Assembly (NCBI GenBank): GCA_002269645.1
Contig: NIVC01002394.1
Span: 62,001 to 126,000 of the forward strand
Source of the DNA: Macrostomum lignano
Lineage: Eukaryota
DNA length: 64,000 nt
Direction: 5' to 3'
The stretch's first letter is position 1; each line of letters opens with the position of its first letter. This document shows, one piece after another, positions 10,245 to 30,807 of this stretch. Both the position numbers and the translations under genes were made by a program. Under the pieces are notes generated by a model. The model saw nothing but the letters and a program-made list of their open reading frames with translations. It had not been told where the DNA came from and searched no databases.

Positions 10245-12545
10245 GACCTTCACAGATCTTCCACAGATCTTCACAGGTCCTCACACATCTTCATAGATCC
10301 TCACACATCTTCATAGATCCTCACACATCTTCATAGATCCTCACAAATCTTCATAGATCCTCACACATCTTCAAAGATCCTCACAGATCTTCAAAGATCC
10401 TCACACATCTTCAAAGATCCTCACACACCTTCATAGATCCTCAAAAATCTTCATAGATCCTCAAAAATCTTCATAGATCCTCAAAAATCTTTATAGATCC
10501 TCAAAAATCTTTATAGATCCTCAAAAATCTTTATAGATCCCACAGATCTTCATAGATCCTCACAGATCTTCATAGATCCTCACAGATCTTCATAGATACC
10601 ACAGATCTTCAAAGATCCTCACACATCTTCATAGATCCTCACACATCTTCATAGATCCTCACTGATCTGTTTAGATCCTCACAGATCTGTTTAGATCCTC
10701 ACAGATCTGTTTAGATCCTCACAGATCTGTTTAGATCCTCACAGATCTTCATAGATCCTCACAGATCCTTGTAGATCCTCACTGATCTTCATAGATCCCA
10801 CAGATCTTCATAGAATCCCCAAAAATGGTCATAGATCTTCACAGATCTTCATAGATCCTCACAGATCTGTTTAGATCCTCACAGATCTTCATAGATCCTC
10901 ACAGATCCTTGTAGATCCTCACTGATCTTCATAGATCCCACAGATCTTCATAGATCCTCACAGATCTGTTTAGATCCTCACAGATCTTCGTAGATCCTCA
11001 CAGATCTGTTTAGATCCTCACAGATCTTCATAGATCCTCACAGATCCTTGTAGATCCTCACTGATCTTCATAGATCCCACAGATCTTCATAGAATCCCCA
11101 AAAAATGGTCATAGATCTTCACAGTGTAGAGTGTTCTACCTCCCGTAAGAAGACATAAAAGTGTTAATGTACTACTCAAACATTTTATTTAGTAGTAAAT
11201 TGAAGAGCATAAATAAAGGTATGCTTTGAACTATAAGTATATTCGGACTAACCAGTAGGAAGAGAGAGACCTCGAGCATGCTAATTTTAGAAATCACCCA
11301 ATCACGTGCGACCAACAACTGTCAATTCAAACCCCACCTTCAAGTCATCATTTGGTTTGCACTCGGGTTGCACCCGGATGAACCAATCAAAGTCTACCAG
11401 CTACGGTAACCAATCATGCGCTTTTACAGTAGACTAGTTGCGCAACTTTCTACCCTGTCATGCTTGACAGCCACCGAATCGTGACCCTTTGACATTTGCG
11501 AAGACAGTGATGTACGACCTCGAGAGAGGTCTGAACGCCTATAAATACAAGTGGTCCGGAACGGACCCGGAGCCACAATTCCTCCGGAAGGAGAAGAGCT
11601 CCGAAGAGGAAGCCACTACAGGACTTCCTACAGAAGACTCGTCGAGTTCTTGCGGTAAGCCTTACTCATTTGCGCCTGTGTTTTGAGACGTCTCGTTGGA
11701 GTTTAGTTTGAGTCTGTTGAGACTCCTGAGTCTGTCTATACTCTACTGGTTGCAGTCTCCAGAAGGACTGCCCCTGATAGATCTTAGAAGACTATCAGTG
11801 GTTTCCGGAGCTATACCTAGAGTGCATAGAGGCACTGCTAGAAGGAGTAGGCTTATGTTAAACCGCAGTTTGGCGCAGGGTACCCATTGTTTATTTGGAA
11901 GCTTCTTATTGGTCCGAACGACAGATACCGGCCGGCAAAAGAAGAAAAGAGAAACTCGGACCAGGACTACAAGTCGAGTCGAATTCAGGCCTGAACTACA
12001 GATCGAGATCTACACGAGATCTACGAAGGACTCAAAGAAGGAGAGATATCTCATAAGAAGTCAAGGTAATTGAATACTTTCGTTTGAATTACTGGGTTGC
12101 CTAGCTAAAGAGCTAGAAGTGATTGTTCCTTGATTACAGTTGAGGACTGGTAATAAGGAACACATCAACAGATCTTCATAGATCCTCACAGATCTTCGTA
12201 GATCCCCACAAATAGTCATCGATCCTCAAAAATCTTTGTATATCCTCACAGATCCTCACAGATCCTCACAGATCCTCACAGATCCTCACAGATCCTCACA
12301 GATCCTCACAGATCCTCACAGATATTTATAGATCCTTCGTAGATCTGTGATCAGTGAGGATATGTGACCTGTGAGAACCTGTGATCCGTGAGTATCCGTG
12401 ATCTCTGAGATATCTGTGAGGATCTGTGAAGATCTGTGAGGATATACAAAGATCCTCATATGGTTTCACATCCACACAGGTCACAGATTCTCCAGCTGTT
12501 CCTGTGATTTCTCTGAGATCCGTGAGGATCTGTGAGGATCAGTGA
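10245..12545. repeat. 10/20-bp satellite (agatcttcat agatcctcac), interrupted by a solo LTR and inverted at its right end
   Basis: Forward units at 10245-11124 and 12168-~12340. Reverse-complement units (gtgaggatct) at ~12345-12545. Confidence 0.9.
11125..12167 (+). mobile_element. Solo LTR (1043 bp) with ACAG target-site duplication
   Basis: Starts TG (tgtagagtgttc) and ends CA (gaacacatca). ACAG at 11121-11124 and 12168-12171. An uninterrupted copy of the same satellite context sits at ~10825-10855. Three CCAAT motifs (~11298-11415) precede TATAAATA at 11540-11547. Confidence 0.85.
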
Positions 12546-12959
12546 GCCTTGGATTCCACAACTTGATAGAATTCTGTATGCGAATATATGACTGCATGAG
12601 CGTGGGAATTTTCAAACTGGACTCGTCTCCTAGAAAACACCTGCAGCACAGCCGGCGTTGACAGCTCCATCCAACTTGGCTGGCAGCTCAGCTGGATTCT
12701 CACACACTCCAGTTCAACACTTTCTCACAGCCGTTCTAAGCGGCCTCCTTCACGACTCGGTGATTCTCTGCCAGCCAATCCCGGTTGTTGCAGAAAACTG
12801 CAGCTAATCTTGCAGGAAATTTTCCCTCCTAAAAGGAGAGGCATCCGTTCACGACTGAGATCCGAACACTCCATGTGACAAAAGACGTCTAGCCGGTGAG
12901 TTCAAGACATCTGGCTTTTTTATCTTCTGTTAGCTTGGGTCCTTATCATAGTCTCCCCC

Positions 12960-13428
12960 TATATCTCACAGCACTCTCACCCTATATCTCACAGCACTCT
13001 CACCCTATATCTCACAGGATTCTCACCCCATTCCTCACAGGATTCTCACCCCATTCCTCACAGGATTCTCACCCCATTCCTCACAGGAGTCTCACCCCAT
13101 TCCTCACAGGATTCTCACCCCATTCCTCACAGGAGTCTCACCCCATTCCTCACAGGAGTCTCACCCCATTCCTCACAGGAGTCTCACCCCATTCCTCACA
13201 GGAGTCTCACCCCATTCCTCACAGGAGTCTCACCCCATTCCTCACAGGATTCTCACCCCATTCCTCACACGTGTCTTACCCCATTCCTCACACGTGTCTC
13301 ACCCCATTCCTCACAGGATTCTCACCCCATTCCTCACAGGATTCTCACCCCATTCCTCACAGGATTCTCACCCCATTCCTCACAGGATTCTCACCCCATT
13401 CCTCACAGCAGTCTCACCCATTCCTCCC
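12960..13428. repeat. 23-bp minisatellite (ctcaccccattcctcacagga[t/g]t)
   Basis: About 20 direct tandem copies. Confidence 0.95.
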
Positions 13429-13766
13429 AGGAGCCTCTTACAGCAGCCGAATATCCATATTCGAGTGCAAATCAAAGCTCACCTGAGCACCCGGCAACAA
13501 GCAAATGCTATTATCTGTTCCCATGCCAGCGCTCACACAGCCGATCTGTTTATTCACCCGCTGCTCTCCACCCACTGCCTGGTTGGGGATCAGCTTTAGC
13601 CTGAGCGTCTCATGGTTGCACTGGGGTGCACAAGCATATCTCGGAATTGCACAGAATGCTGCCTGTGTTTGACCATCTGAGCAGCCACCGCATATCCAAG
13701 CGTGTTTGGTTGTTATTCATGCCAGATTAATTTCTGATTCATGCGGCATCAGATTTGAGGGATCTC

Positions 13767-14050
13767 ATCTCAACTCCCATCCGCCTACCCACCCGATTCC
13801 CATCCGCCTATCCACCCGATTCCCATCCGCCTTCCCACTCTATTCCCATCCGCCTTCCCACCCGATTCCCATCTGCCTACCCACCGATTCCCATCCGCCT
13901 TCCCACCCGATTCCCATCCGCCTACCCACCGATTCCCATACGCGTTCCCACTCGATTCCCATCCGCCTTCCCACTCTATTCCCATCAGCCTTCCCACCCG
14001 ATTCCCATCCGCCTTCCCACTCTATTCCCATCAGCCTTCCCACCCGATTC
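13767..14050. repeat. 23-bp minisatellite (cccatccgccttcccacccgatt)
   Basis: About 12 direct tandem copies. Confidence 0.9.
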
Positions 14051-14545
14051 CTGCCCAGCAACTCAAAAAATAAGTCTTCACACCCTGCCTTACAACACTC
14101 GAGGCAAAAGCTTCTCAGATTACAAATTGGTTGCCCCCTTACTGTCCTTTCTGTGTCCCCCTCCGTTAAAAAGGCTGACTTCCCATCTTCCTATCTCTAC
14201 TCTAGATTATCCCAACGCGAGCTCTCGTCTAAGCTATTTCCCTCCCCGAGCAGAGGCACTCGGCAGGCATCTCATTAGGCCTATATAGTTAAAAAGCCGA
14301 GGTGCGAAAGCAGACCACTCGAGGCGCTGCTGGTTAAACAAGAAACTTTAAGAGAAGGCGCGGAAAAGGCGGGGGACCTTCGCTTGAAAGTCAACTCAAA
14401 TTAAGCTGGCAGGCGGCCTGACAAAGTAGCGAGGCTCTTCTTGGCTTCTTGGCCGCTCAGCGCCATCCTCTCGCCCTCCTCAGCCCCGAGGCGGCCGCAT
14501 AAAAACCAAACCGACTGGCCGGAACAGTTCCAATTACATGTGGAC

Positions 14546-15232
14546 CAGGGGTTGAACAAACTTTTTGTCTTAAAGCTAGATGGCGAATCTAGCGCATCAC
14601 TGCGGGCCCGAGAGGGAGAGAGAGGAGAGAGAATAGAGGGGAGGCGAGGAGAGAAGAGAGGAGAGGAGAGGAGAGAGGAGAGGAGAGGAGAGGAGAGGAG
14701 AGGAGAGAGGAGAGGAGAGGAGAGAGGAGAGAGAATAGAGGAGGGGAGAGAGAATATAGGGGAGGCGAGGAGAGAAGAGAGGAGAGGAGAGGAGAGAGGA
14801 GAGGAGAGGAGAGGAGAGGAGAGGAGAGAGGAGAGGAGAGAGGAGAGAGAATAGAGGAGGGGAGAGAGAATAGAGGGGAGGCGAGGAGAGAAGAGAGGAG
14901 AGGAGAGGAGAGAGGAGAGGAGAGGAGAGAGGAGAGGAGAGGAGAGAGGAGAGAGAATAGAGGAGGGGAGAGAGAATATAGGGGAGGCGAGGAAAGAAGA
15001 GAGGAGAGGAGGACAGGAGGGGAGAGGAGACGAGACGAGACGAGACGAGACGAGGAGAGTGGAGAGGAGAGGAGAGGAGAGGGGAGAAAAGGGAGAAGAG
15101 AGACGAGATTAGAGAGGAGAGAGCTGAGAAGAGACACAAATTGCTGTTGTGAAGTTTTAAAAGACCCGAGACCCGGATAGAGAGGCTTGGTGGGCCGCAT
15201 GTGGCCCGAGGGCCGGAGTTTGCCGGCCCCCG
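14546..15232. mobile_element. Degenerate hAT-like non-autonomous element carrying a (GAGGA)n tract (14614-15132)
   Basis: Left end caggggttgaacaaact. Right end gggccgcatgtggcccgagggccggagtttgccggcccccg resembles hAT-MITE termini. No clean 8-bp TSD. Confidence 0.45.
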
Positions 15233-15835
15233 ACTCAGACCGACAGAAGCTGACCTCGCTTGGTCAACCAGCGGAAACTTCTCTCTCCGATTTGCTTTAA
15301 GAATCAGTCGCGATGCTGTTCCGTTTTAGGGAATTAACAGTTGGAAATTTTTTATCTCTTGTCGCCATTGGGGACAAATCGAACTCTCTTTCGGGTGCTA
15401 GCGGGTTTTCATCGAAAAATCAGTTCTTCAAGGCGGCAATATTGAGTCGTTTCCAGATTAAGAATTCTGACTTTAATGAAGTCTGCCGCCAGTATCGAAG
15501 CTTAGCTATCGTCAGAACTTTGTTTAACTGTTCCAACCCCCTCCCTCCCTAAGTTTCTAGTGAACCCCTCTGATTTTGCAATAGATTTCTACATCATCTA
15601 CTTATCATATTAACCTCAAAGAAATTGTAATAAATTGATTGCTAATTGCCCGATTCCAACCGAGGCCTTGATTTGTGCCAGTTCCGAAAGCCCCCTGCGA
15701 AACAAAGTACCCGGCAACTCGATTACGCCAAAGCACCTTGTCAATGCAATTAGTCTAGCATCTTGCCCAATCATTCCAGCCCCAGCAATCAGCTCGGATT
15801 TGACACAATCACCAGCATCATTTAAAAGCCAGCAG

Positions 15836-17104
15836 ATGCAGACGGGCCAGAAGTCGACAGCGCCGCCAGCCCTGGTGGCCTACATCATCATGGCGAGCAT
15901 CATCGCCGTTGGCGCCGCGGGCAACTCCATTGTGCTGTACGTCTACGCCAAGAAGAAGGACGGCCACGCGGCCAACGTGTTCATCCTCAGCCTGGCCGTG
16001 TCGGACCTTCTCGCCTGCACTCTCGTCATCCCGATGACGGTGGCCATGGAGGCGAGGAACTACGAGACCAGCGCCCTGGTGTGCCGGCTGCACTACCTGC
16101 TCAACTGCAGCGGCATACCGTTCTCATCTATGCTCATGGCGGCCATCGCGGTGGAGCGGTACTTCTGCATCTGCAAACCCTTCCTCCGGGCCATCACGGT
16201 GCGCAGGGCGAAGGCCATCGTGGCCACCCTCGTCGCCGTGGCCGTCACCCTGGGCGCCACCACCGCTTCGTTCAGCGCCGTCGTTCGCAGCTCATTCGAC
16301 GGGCCGAACGGCACCGAGCAGTGGAAATTCGCCAGCTACGGGGAGTGCCGCGAGATCAGCGACCTGAGCGACGGGCCGTCGATGACGGTGTCCAGAGCCA
16401 GCCTGGTGTTCTACCGGGTGTTCCAGGCCATTCACCTGTCTCTGTACCTGCTCTGCATCGTGCTGGTGTTCATCCTGTACGTGCTCATCTACGAGTCCGT
16501 GCTCCGGCTGAGGCGGCGGCGGCGCCAGCGGGCGGAGCGGATGAACAAGCGAATGCAACTCGCAGCCGCTCGGTCTGCTGGTGGCCCCGTCAGCATCGCT
16601 GCCCTCGACTCGACCCCAGCCGACGAGGGCGACACCGTGGCTGCGGCTGCAACCACCACTACTGGCGATGACGCTGCGGCCGCGGCCGCTGCTGCCGCTT
16701 TCAGCGCCTCGTCGGACCAACTGCAACAGCGACAGCAGCAGCAGCAGCAGCAGCAGCTCTCGCTGGTGCCATCAACTTCAAACAGCGCGTTGGCGGTTGC
16801 CAGCCGCGACAGTCGAGACAGCGACGCTCTGCAGAATTTGAAGACAGCCGCGATGCTTTTTGTGGTGGCCATCGTCTTCATCCTCACCTTCCTGCCCGCC
16901 GCGCTGATGACAATCAAAGCCGTGCCGTTCAACATTATCGTGTTCTACATGTACTATCTGGCGCACGCCACCAACCCCATTATCTACTGCTTCATGAACC
17001 ACAACTTCCGCGACGATCTGAGCCGAATTTTCTGTCCAGACAGGCGGAGCCGTCGCCAGCAGCAGCTGGACGATGCGAGGTCCAACCAGATACCGCTGCG
17101 GTGA
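15836..17104 (+). CDS. Class A (rhodopsin-like) GPCR, peptide-receptor-like orphan, single coding exon, 422 aa from the first ATG
   Basis: Seven hydrophobic helices with GN (TM1), LAVSD (TM2), C...ERY (TM3), ECL2 Cys, FILTFLP (TM6) and NPIIY (TM7). Long Arg/Ala/Gln-rich ICL3. The frame is open from 15635 but the first ATG is at 15836. Confidence 0.93.
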   Translation: MQTGQKSTAPPALVAYIIMASIIAVGAAGNSIVLYVYAKKKDGHAANVFILSLAVSDLLACTLVIPMTVAMEARNYETSALVCRLHYLLNCSGIPFSSMLMAAIAVERYFCICKPFLRAITVRRAKAIVATLVAVAVTLGATTASFSAVVRSSFDGPNGTEQWKFASYGECREISDLSDGPSMTVSRASLVFYRVFQAIHLSLYLLCIVLVFILYVLIYESVLRLRRRRRQRAERMNKRMQLAAARSAGGPVSIAALDSTPADEGDTVAAAATTTTGDDAAAAAAAAAFSASSDQLQQRQQQQQQQQLSLVPSTSNSALAVASRDSRDSDALQNLKTAAMLFVVAIVFILTFLPAALMTIKAVPFNIIVFYMYYLAHATNPIIYCFMNHNFRDDLSRIFCPDRRSRRQQQLDDARSNQIPLR

Positions 17105-20100
17105 ACTCTGCCGGGCAATTTCTAAGCAAAATTAATTGATGCAAGCAGATTCGAAACATTTTTTTAAATCGCGGGTAATTTTTATTACGTACAAGAGATG
17201 CTTGGGATTTTTTCTAACAATCTTTTTGCTTGAGCCGCAGATGTTAAGTATGATGGAAGATTTACCAGCCTTATTTTGGTTAATAAAGATGGCGAAAGAA
17301 GGAAAAAAGAAAAGAAAGAAGTAAAAAAATAAATTATGCGACCTAAATAAATAAAACAATTTAATAAATTTAATAAAATAAAACAAATCGAAAAATTTTA
17401 CTAAGAATACTAATTATTAGATTAAAGAAATTAGATAAAAAGCCCTTTGCTGATGCATTTTAAGAAGAAACCTGCTTATGCTTATAATCATGAGCTTATA
17501 ATTGCTTATCTAAGGATATACTCGTACGCACGTAGCAATGTCTGTCCTCGTATATTACAATTGTCTGTCAAGCCTAGCCATTAGGACGACATTCACTCGG
17601 AATTTCAATTTGATTGCATGTACATGTATGCAAACGAAAGTAAATGTTGTGGCCGTAGTTGCGTTTAAAGCGGTCCCGTTTTACAGATAAATTTAGGTAT
17701 ATTTATTAAAGTTCGTCTATATTAAAGTACAGTGTACAAGTTGCTTACACTGATTGAAGTTTACACATCAACCTGATCTAAACATTGTTATAAGTAGAAC
17801 ATAATTCGTATTCTATAATGCTCCACTCTGTGATGCAATATCGAACTTGTATCTGTTTTAATTGTTACGATATATCCCTGACGTTAATCTCGACTGGTGT
17901 ATTGCTATATTTCACGTCCCGGCTCAGCCAGCTCCGAACCCAATAGGGCAGCTAGTCAGAAACAGATACTTCCGGATTATTTTTGTGATTGTTTTATGTG
18001 ATCAAACCGGGCCGGGCCGTCAAATACCACCACCCTACCTCGACTAGCTAGCACTTCCATACTTGTATCAATCGCAACAAATTTAAAACAAATGTTTTGT
18101 TTATTCAGGAATCAAATAAATATATACTCTTCTAAAAATATAGACCTTTTAGACTAAGTAATTGTTTTATTTGCCTTATACATGTACATCTACCATTCTT
18201 AAATTACAGGACATGTTGCATGCGCAGTGTGTACCTTCAACTACAAGTACTCGTAACTAAAACGGAATCAGATCTTCGTGAATGCACGTTTGCACGTACA
18301 TGTAATAGAAGAACTGAATTTTTGTTTTGAAAAATATGGACGGTGTGACGTTGTCAGTTGAGGTAGCCCCGACAAGGGCCGTTTTAGCGAGAGCAGTGCC
18401 TTCTATAATATTGTTAATTTAATGGTCTCGTACTCTAACGTCTGCTTATAGTAATCCCCAAAGAATTTTAAACAACATTGCGTGCACTTGTAAAGCCTAT
18501 GTACAATGCGATCGATAATTTCTGTTTTCAAGTTGGTTTTTCTCGCCGGCCAATAGAAAAGCCGCGCATAAATTATGCTAGCCTGAAATTAAGCTCTCCG
18601 CGCGCACCCACCCCCAGCCCGCTCTTTATCAGTCCTGTCTGGCCCGGGGTTAGCCCCTTGTTTTTCACCCTTGTTTACTTGTTTACCCGTCTTCTCTCTC
18701 CGCCTCGCTCCGCCACAGTCCTAAACCACGCCTCTGCCAAGTCTCAGTCACGCCACCGCCACCGCCAATTCTCGATCACGCCACTACCGTCTGTATAGGG
18801 TTCTCGCTACGAGTACCTACCGCCACCATCGATCACTGCCATCACATCGTCGCCATTGCCTCAGGCTCATCGACTCGCTCTATCATCTATCTTATTGTTG
18901 CGTAGCCGCTTAGTGCATTCCTTACGGATTCAGCAAATACTCTGGCCCATCTCTATTAACTACCCTGACGGAATTGATAATAACGAGCCCAACTATCCAC
19001 TTATACGGTTACAATAAATAATAACTGCGGCCACCGCCCGCATCATTCGCTACTATCATCAAGTGCTACCGCTACAAAATTTGCCTCCGCTGTATTTGTC
19101 TTCGTCAGTTAATTTCGAGTCTGCCGGTTAATCGTCACAGACGGCCTTATATCGATTAAATATGCGGAGATCGCAGCTGTGCCGTTCAGAGATTGCATGG
19201 CGACTTTTACCGCGATCCATTCCTGCACAATATATGACCGACAAACGACAATATGCCATATAAATAGGGTGCAATTGCATGCTATAGAAGATCCTACATG
19301 TACCTAAAAAAGCATATCACTTATAATTTGTTTCGTTTGCTGCAGGCATCCTTATTCATCCTTTTTTCTCTGCAAATCTCGTAAATTTATAGCATGCCAA
19401 AACTGTAAAAAATGTTTTGTTTCGAGGGTAGTATAGTAGAGTCCGTGGCGGCGCAGCACCGATCCAATTAGGTGGGGGGAGTGCAGGTTGGTTGGTTGAC
19501 CTCATCCCCTGCATCGAATTTTTAGAATTAGAGCAGCGCACTGCGCTAAATCTCACAAAAACGTCTTTACGAGTAAGGAGCTCGTACCGAAAAATTATAC
19601 TGGGGGGTAGGAGGGTGGTCAAAATGACATTTATTAATTATTAGACATTAAAACTAAATTGCATCCATCCGCCGTGAAGCAGCTGCAAATGCCCAAATAT
19701 TAAATTTGAAGTCAATGAAGATATGTAATTAAAGAGGACACTAAAGGTTTACTAAATTTATCTAATCTAGGCTTATTTTCTTAAAATATTTTTCAAGTCC
19801 TTTTAAAGCAGCTTAAAAGTAAAGCTTGCTAATTTTGTTATAACTGATCTCCATGGTAAACTTGATACAAACGTTAATTTATCAAACGTCGAGGGCGCAT
19901 GATATTTTTAACACAAAGCCGATAGAAAAAGGTTTCGTTAATACTATAATTTCTGGAGTACTGGAAGGAAATAAATGCCAGACGTGCCGCCTTGCATTTA
20001 AAGCAATTAATCTAATTGTAACTTCGAAAAATTGACAAGCCATGAACTTTCACAATTCTGCGTACAAACCAGATTCAGAAATATCTGAAAATAATAAAGG

Positions 20101-20806
20101 AAACGAGTAAGTTGTGTTAGAAATTGAATTGGCATTACAAGTTGCAATCGATCCTAAACTCCTAACCATATTGCCTTAGCATCCAAAAATCTTAACTTTG
20201 CAAAGCTACTTACACGTTGCTTTGGGTCATTTATGTATGGCTGAAAAGTGTATGAGAAAAATATGATAAATCACTAGCGTAGTATTGGCCTAACCTTATT
20301 TTTTTAACTTTGAGTACTACTAAAAGCAGAAATTTTAACCAAATTTTGCAAAAAATTATTTTTGGTATCTTTATTCTCAAGTGATTTGGATGCTTGGTTT
20401 ATTTTTTCCCCAACTGTAAGTCTAATAGACACAAGTGTGATTTTGCATTATTGTATTATTTCTAAGTAAGAAAATGTCGCTTACCCAGCCCACCCTCGAA
20501 CCTCTCACTTTCTTTATGTACATTATTATTTCTTAAAAACTTTATAAGCACTAGGGAAATTCGATCCACAGAAGAGCCAAAAAAGAAGTTTAATTAAGAA
20601 ATATAAATTTAATGATTGCTTTATTCAATATTTAAAAAATGAAAATGAGTTACTTAGCTTTCACTAAAGCACTAGCAAGGTTTCAAAATTCATGAAAAAT
20701 TTTATTCTCTACAATTTTCATAAAATAGTCATGAAAATTCAGTGACAAAAAACCAGTTATTTGAAAAGCATTCATTTCAGAACAACTCAAATCTTCATTA
20801 ATTCAG

Positions 20807-20967
20807 GGATGCTTTAAAAAGTGCAGACGATCAACAGAGGGCGTCATTCCAAAATGTGGCCGACATTGTCACCTACATTGAGTACTGGAAGCGGGTAGCC
20901 ACACACCGCAGGCAGCTCACCAAGGATGACAAGTCCAAGCAGCTGGGCAGTGAAAAAGATAACGCGG
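20807..20967 (+). CDS. Probable upstream coding exon of the TRP-channel gene (DALKSADDQQRASFQNVADIVTYIEYWKRV...)
   Basis: attcag acceptor and gtaagg donor. Only one frame is open. Its junction to the ankyrin exon is not resolved. Confidence 0.6.
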
Positions 20968-21160
20968 GTAAGGGCCACTGAAATTTAAACTGCTTTCAGC
21001 CATCGATATTTGATATAGTTTAGACATTTGTGCAATTAAACAACATATAATTTTGAGTTTGGACAGAAAATCTTAATTGAATTTTGTATCCGTAATATAG
21101 TTTATGGATTTTATGTTAGACTGTTAACTAAAGTGCTAAAAATTCAAATTTTTAACGAGG

Positions 21161-21402
21161 AAAGAGGGAGAGAGAAGAGATGATAAAGAGGAGAGAGAGA
21201 GACGAGAGAGAGGCAGAGAGAGAGAGAGAGAGAGAGAGAAATGAGAAAGAGGGGTGAGATAGGAGAGAGGAGAGAGAGAAATGAGAAAGAGGGGTGAGAT
21301 AGGAGAGAGGAGAGAGGAGAGAGAGGAAAGAGGGAGAGAGGAGAAAGGGAGAGAGGTGAAAGAGAGGGAGAGAGGGGAGGGAAGGAGAGATGGAGAGAAA
21401 GG
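21161..21402. repeat. Purine-rich (GA) low-complexity tract
   Basis: Degenerate gagag/gagga units. Confidence 0.9.
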
Positions 21403-21567
21403 AGAGCGCAGATCAGGCAAAATCGGTCGTGGCGGAAGCACCAAGGAAAGGGCGCCATGTCGAAGCTGTTCCGAACCAGCGCCCACCCTAAAAGAGATAT
21501 GGGACACCAAAGTAAGGGTGAGCTGAGAAAATGAAAGTAGTAAAATTGGTGAAGCAGATCCCACAGA

Positions 21568-29216
<7,649 letters not shown>

Positions 29217-29287
29217 AGGCTAGCCGGGATGATTGAGTTTTCTCGGCTTCTTCAATCTTCATGCTGACAAACCTATTTTCAGTCCTT

Positions 29288-30807
29288 TCTGACACCTATA
29301 TTACAGCCCTCTGATATTAGAGCCCTCTGACACCTATATTAGAGCCCTCCGACACCTATATTAGAGCCTTCCGACACCTATATTAGAGCCCTCCGACACC
29401 TATATTAGAGCCCTCTGACACCAATATTAGAGCCCTCTGACACCAATATTAGAGCCCTCCGACACCTATATTTGAGCCGTCTGACACCAATATTAGAGCC
29501 CTCCGACACCTATATTTGAGCCCTCCGAAACCTATATTAGAGCCCTCTGACACCAATATTAGAGCCCTCTGACACCTATATTAGAGCCCTCCGACACTTA
29601 TATTAGAGCCCTCCGACACCTATATTAGAGCCCTCTGACACCTATATTAGAGCTTTCTGACAGCTATATTAGAGGCCTTTGACACCAATATTAGAGCCCT
29701 CTGACACCAATATTAGAGCCCTCTGACACCAATATTAGAGGCCTCTGACACCAATATTAGAGCCTTCTGACACCAATATTAGAGCCCTCTGACACCAATA
29801 TTAGAGCCCTCTGACACCAATATTAGAGCCCTCTGACACCAATATTAGAGCCCTCTGACACCTATATTAGAGGCCTTTGACACCTATATTAGAGGCCTTT
29901 GACACCTATATTAGAGCCCTCTGACACCAATATTAGAGCCCTCTGACACCTATATTAGAGGCCTTTGACACCTATATTAGAGGCCTTTGACACCTATATT
30001 AGAGGCCTTTGACACCTATATTAGAGGCCTTTGACACCTATATTAGAGCCCTCTGACACCAATATTAGAGCCCTCTGACACCAATATTAGAGCCCTCCGA
30101 CACCTATATTAGAGCCCTCCGACACCTATATTAGAGCCCTCTGACACCTATATTAGAGGCCTTTGACACCTATATTAGAGGCCTTTGACACCTATATTAG
30201 AGGCCTTTGACACCTATATTAGAGCCCTCTGACACCAATATTAGAGCCCTCTGACACCAATATTAGAGCCCTCTGACACCTATATTAGAGGCCTTTGACA
30301 CCTATATTAGAGGCCTTTGACACCTATATTAGAGGCCTTTGACACCTATATTAGAGGCCTTTGACACCTATATTAGAGCCCTCTGACACCAAAATTAGAG
30401 CCCTCTGACACCAATATTAGAGCCCTCTGACACCAAAATTAGAGCCCTCTGACACCAATATTAGAGCCCTCTGACACCAATATTAGAGCCCTCTGACACC
30501 AATATTAGAGCCCTCTGACACCTATATTAGAGGCCTTTGACACGTATATTAGAGGCCTTTGACACCTATATTAGAGGCCTTTGACACCTATATTAGAGGC
30601 CTTTGACACCTATATTAGAGGCCTTTGACACCTATATTAGAGGCCTTTGACACGTATATTAGAGGCCTTTGACACCTATATTAGAGGCCTTTGACACCTA
30701 TATTAGAGGCCTTTGACACCTATATTAGAGGCCTTTGACACCTATATTAGAGGCCTTTGACACCTATATTAGAGGCCTTTGACACCTATATTAGAGGCCT
30801 TTGACAC
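29288..30807. repeat. 22-bp minisatellite (gacacctatattagagccctct / ...aggccttt), ~68 copies
   Basis: Direct tandem array downstream of the TRP stop codon. Confidence 0.97.

Noticed and set aside
11489-12073. Short ORFs inside the LTR
   Set aside because: No gag/pol motifs; consistent with non-coding LTR sequence.
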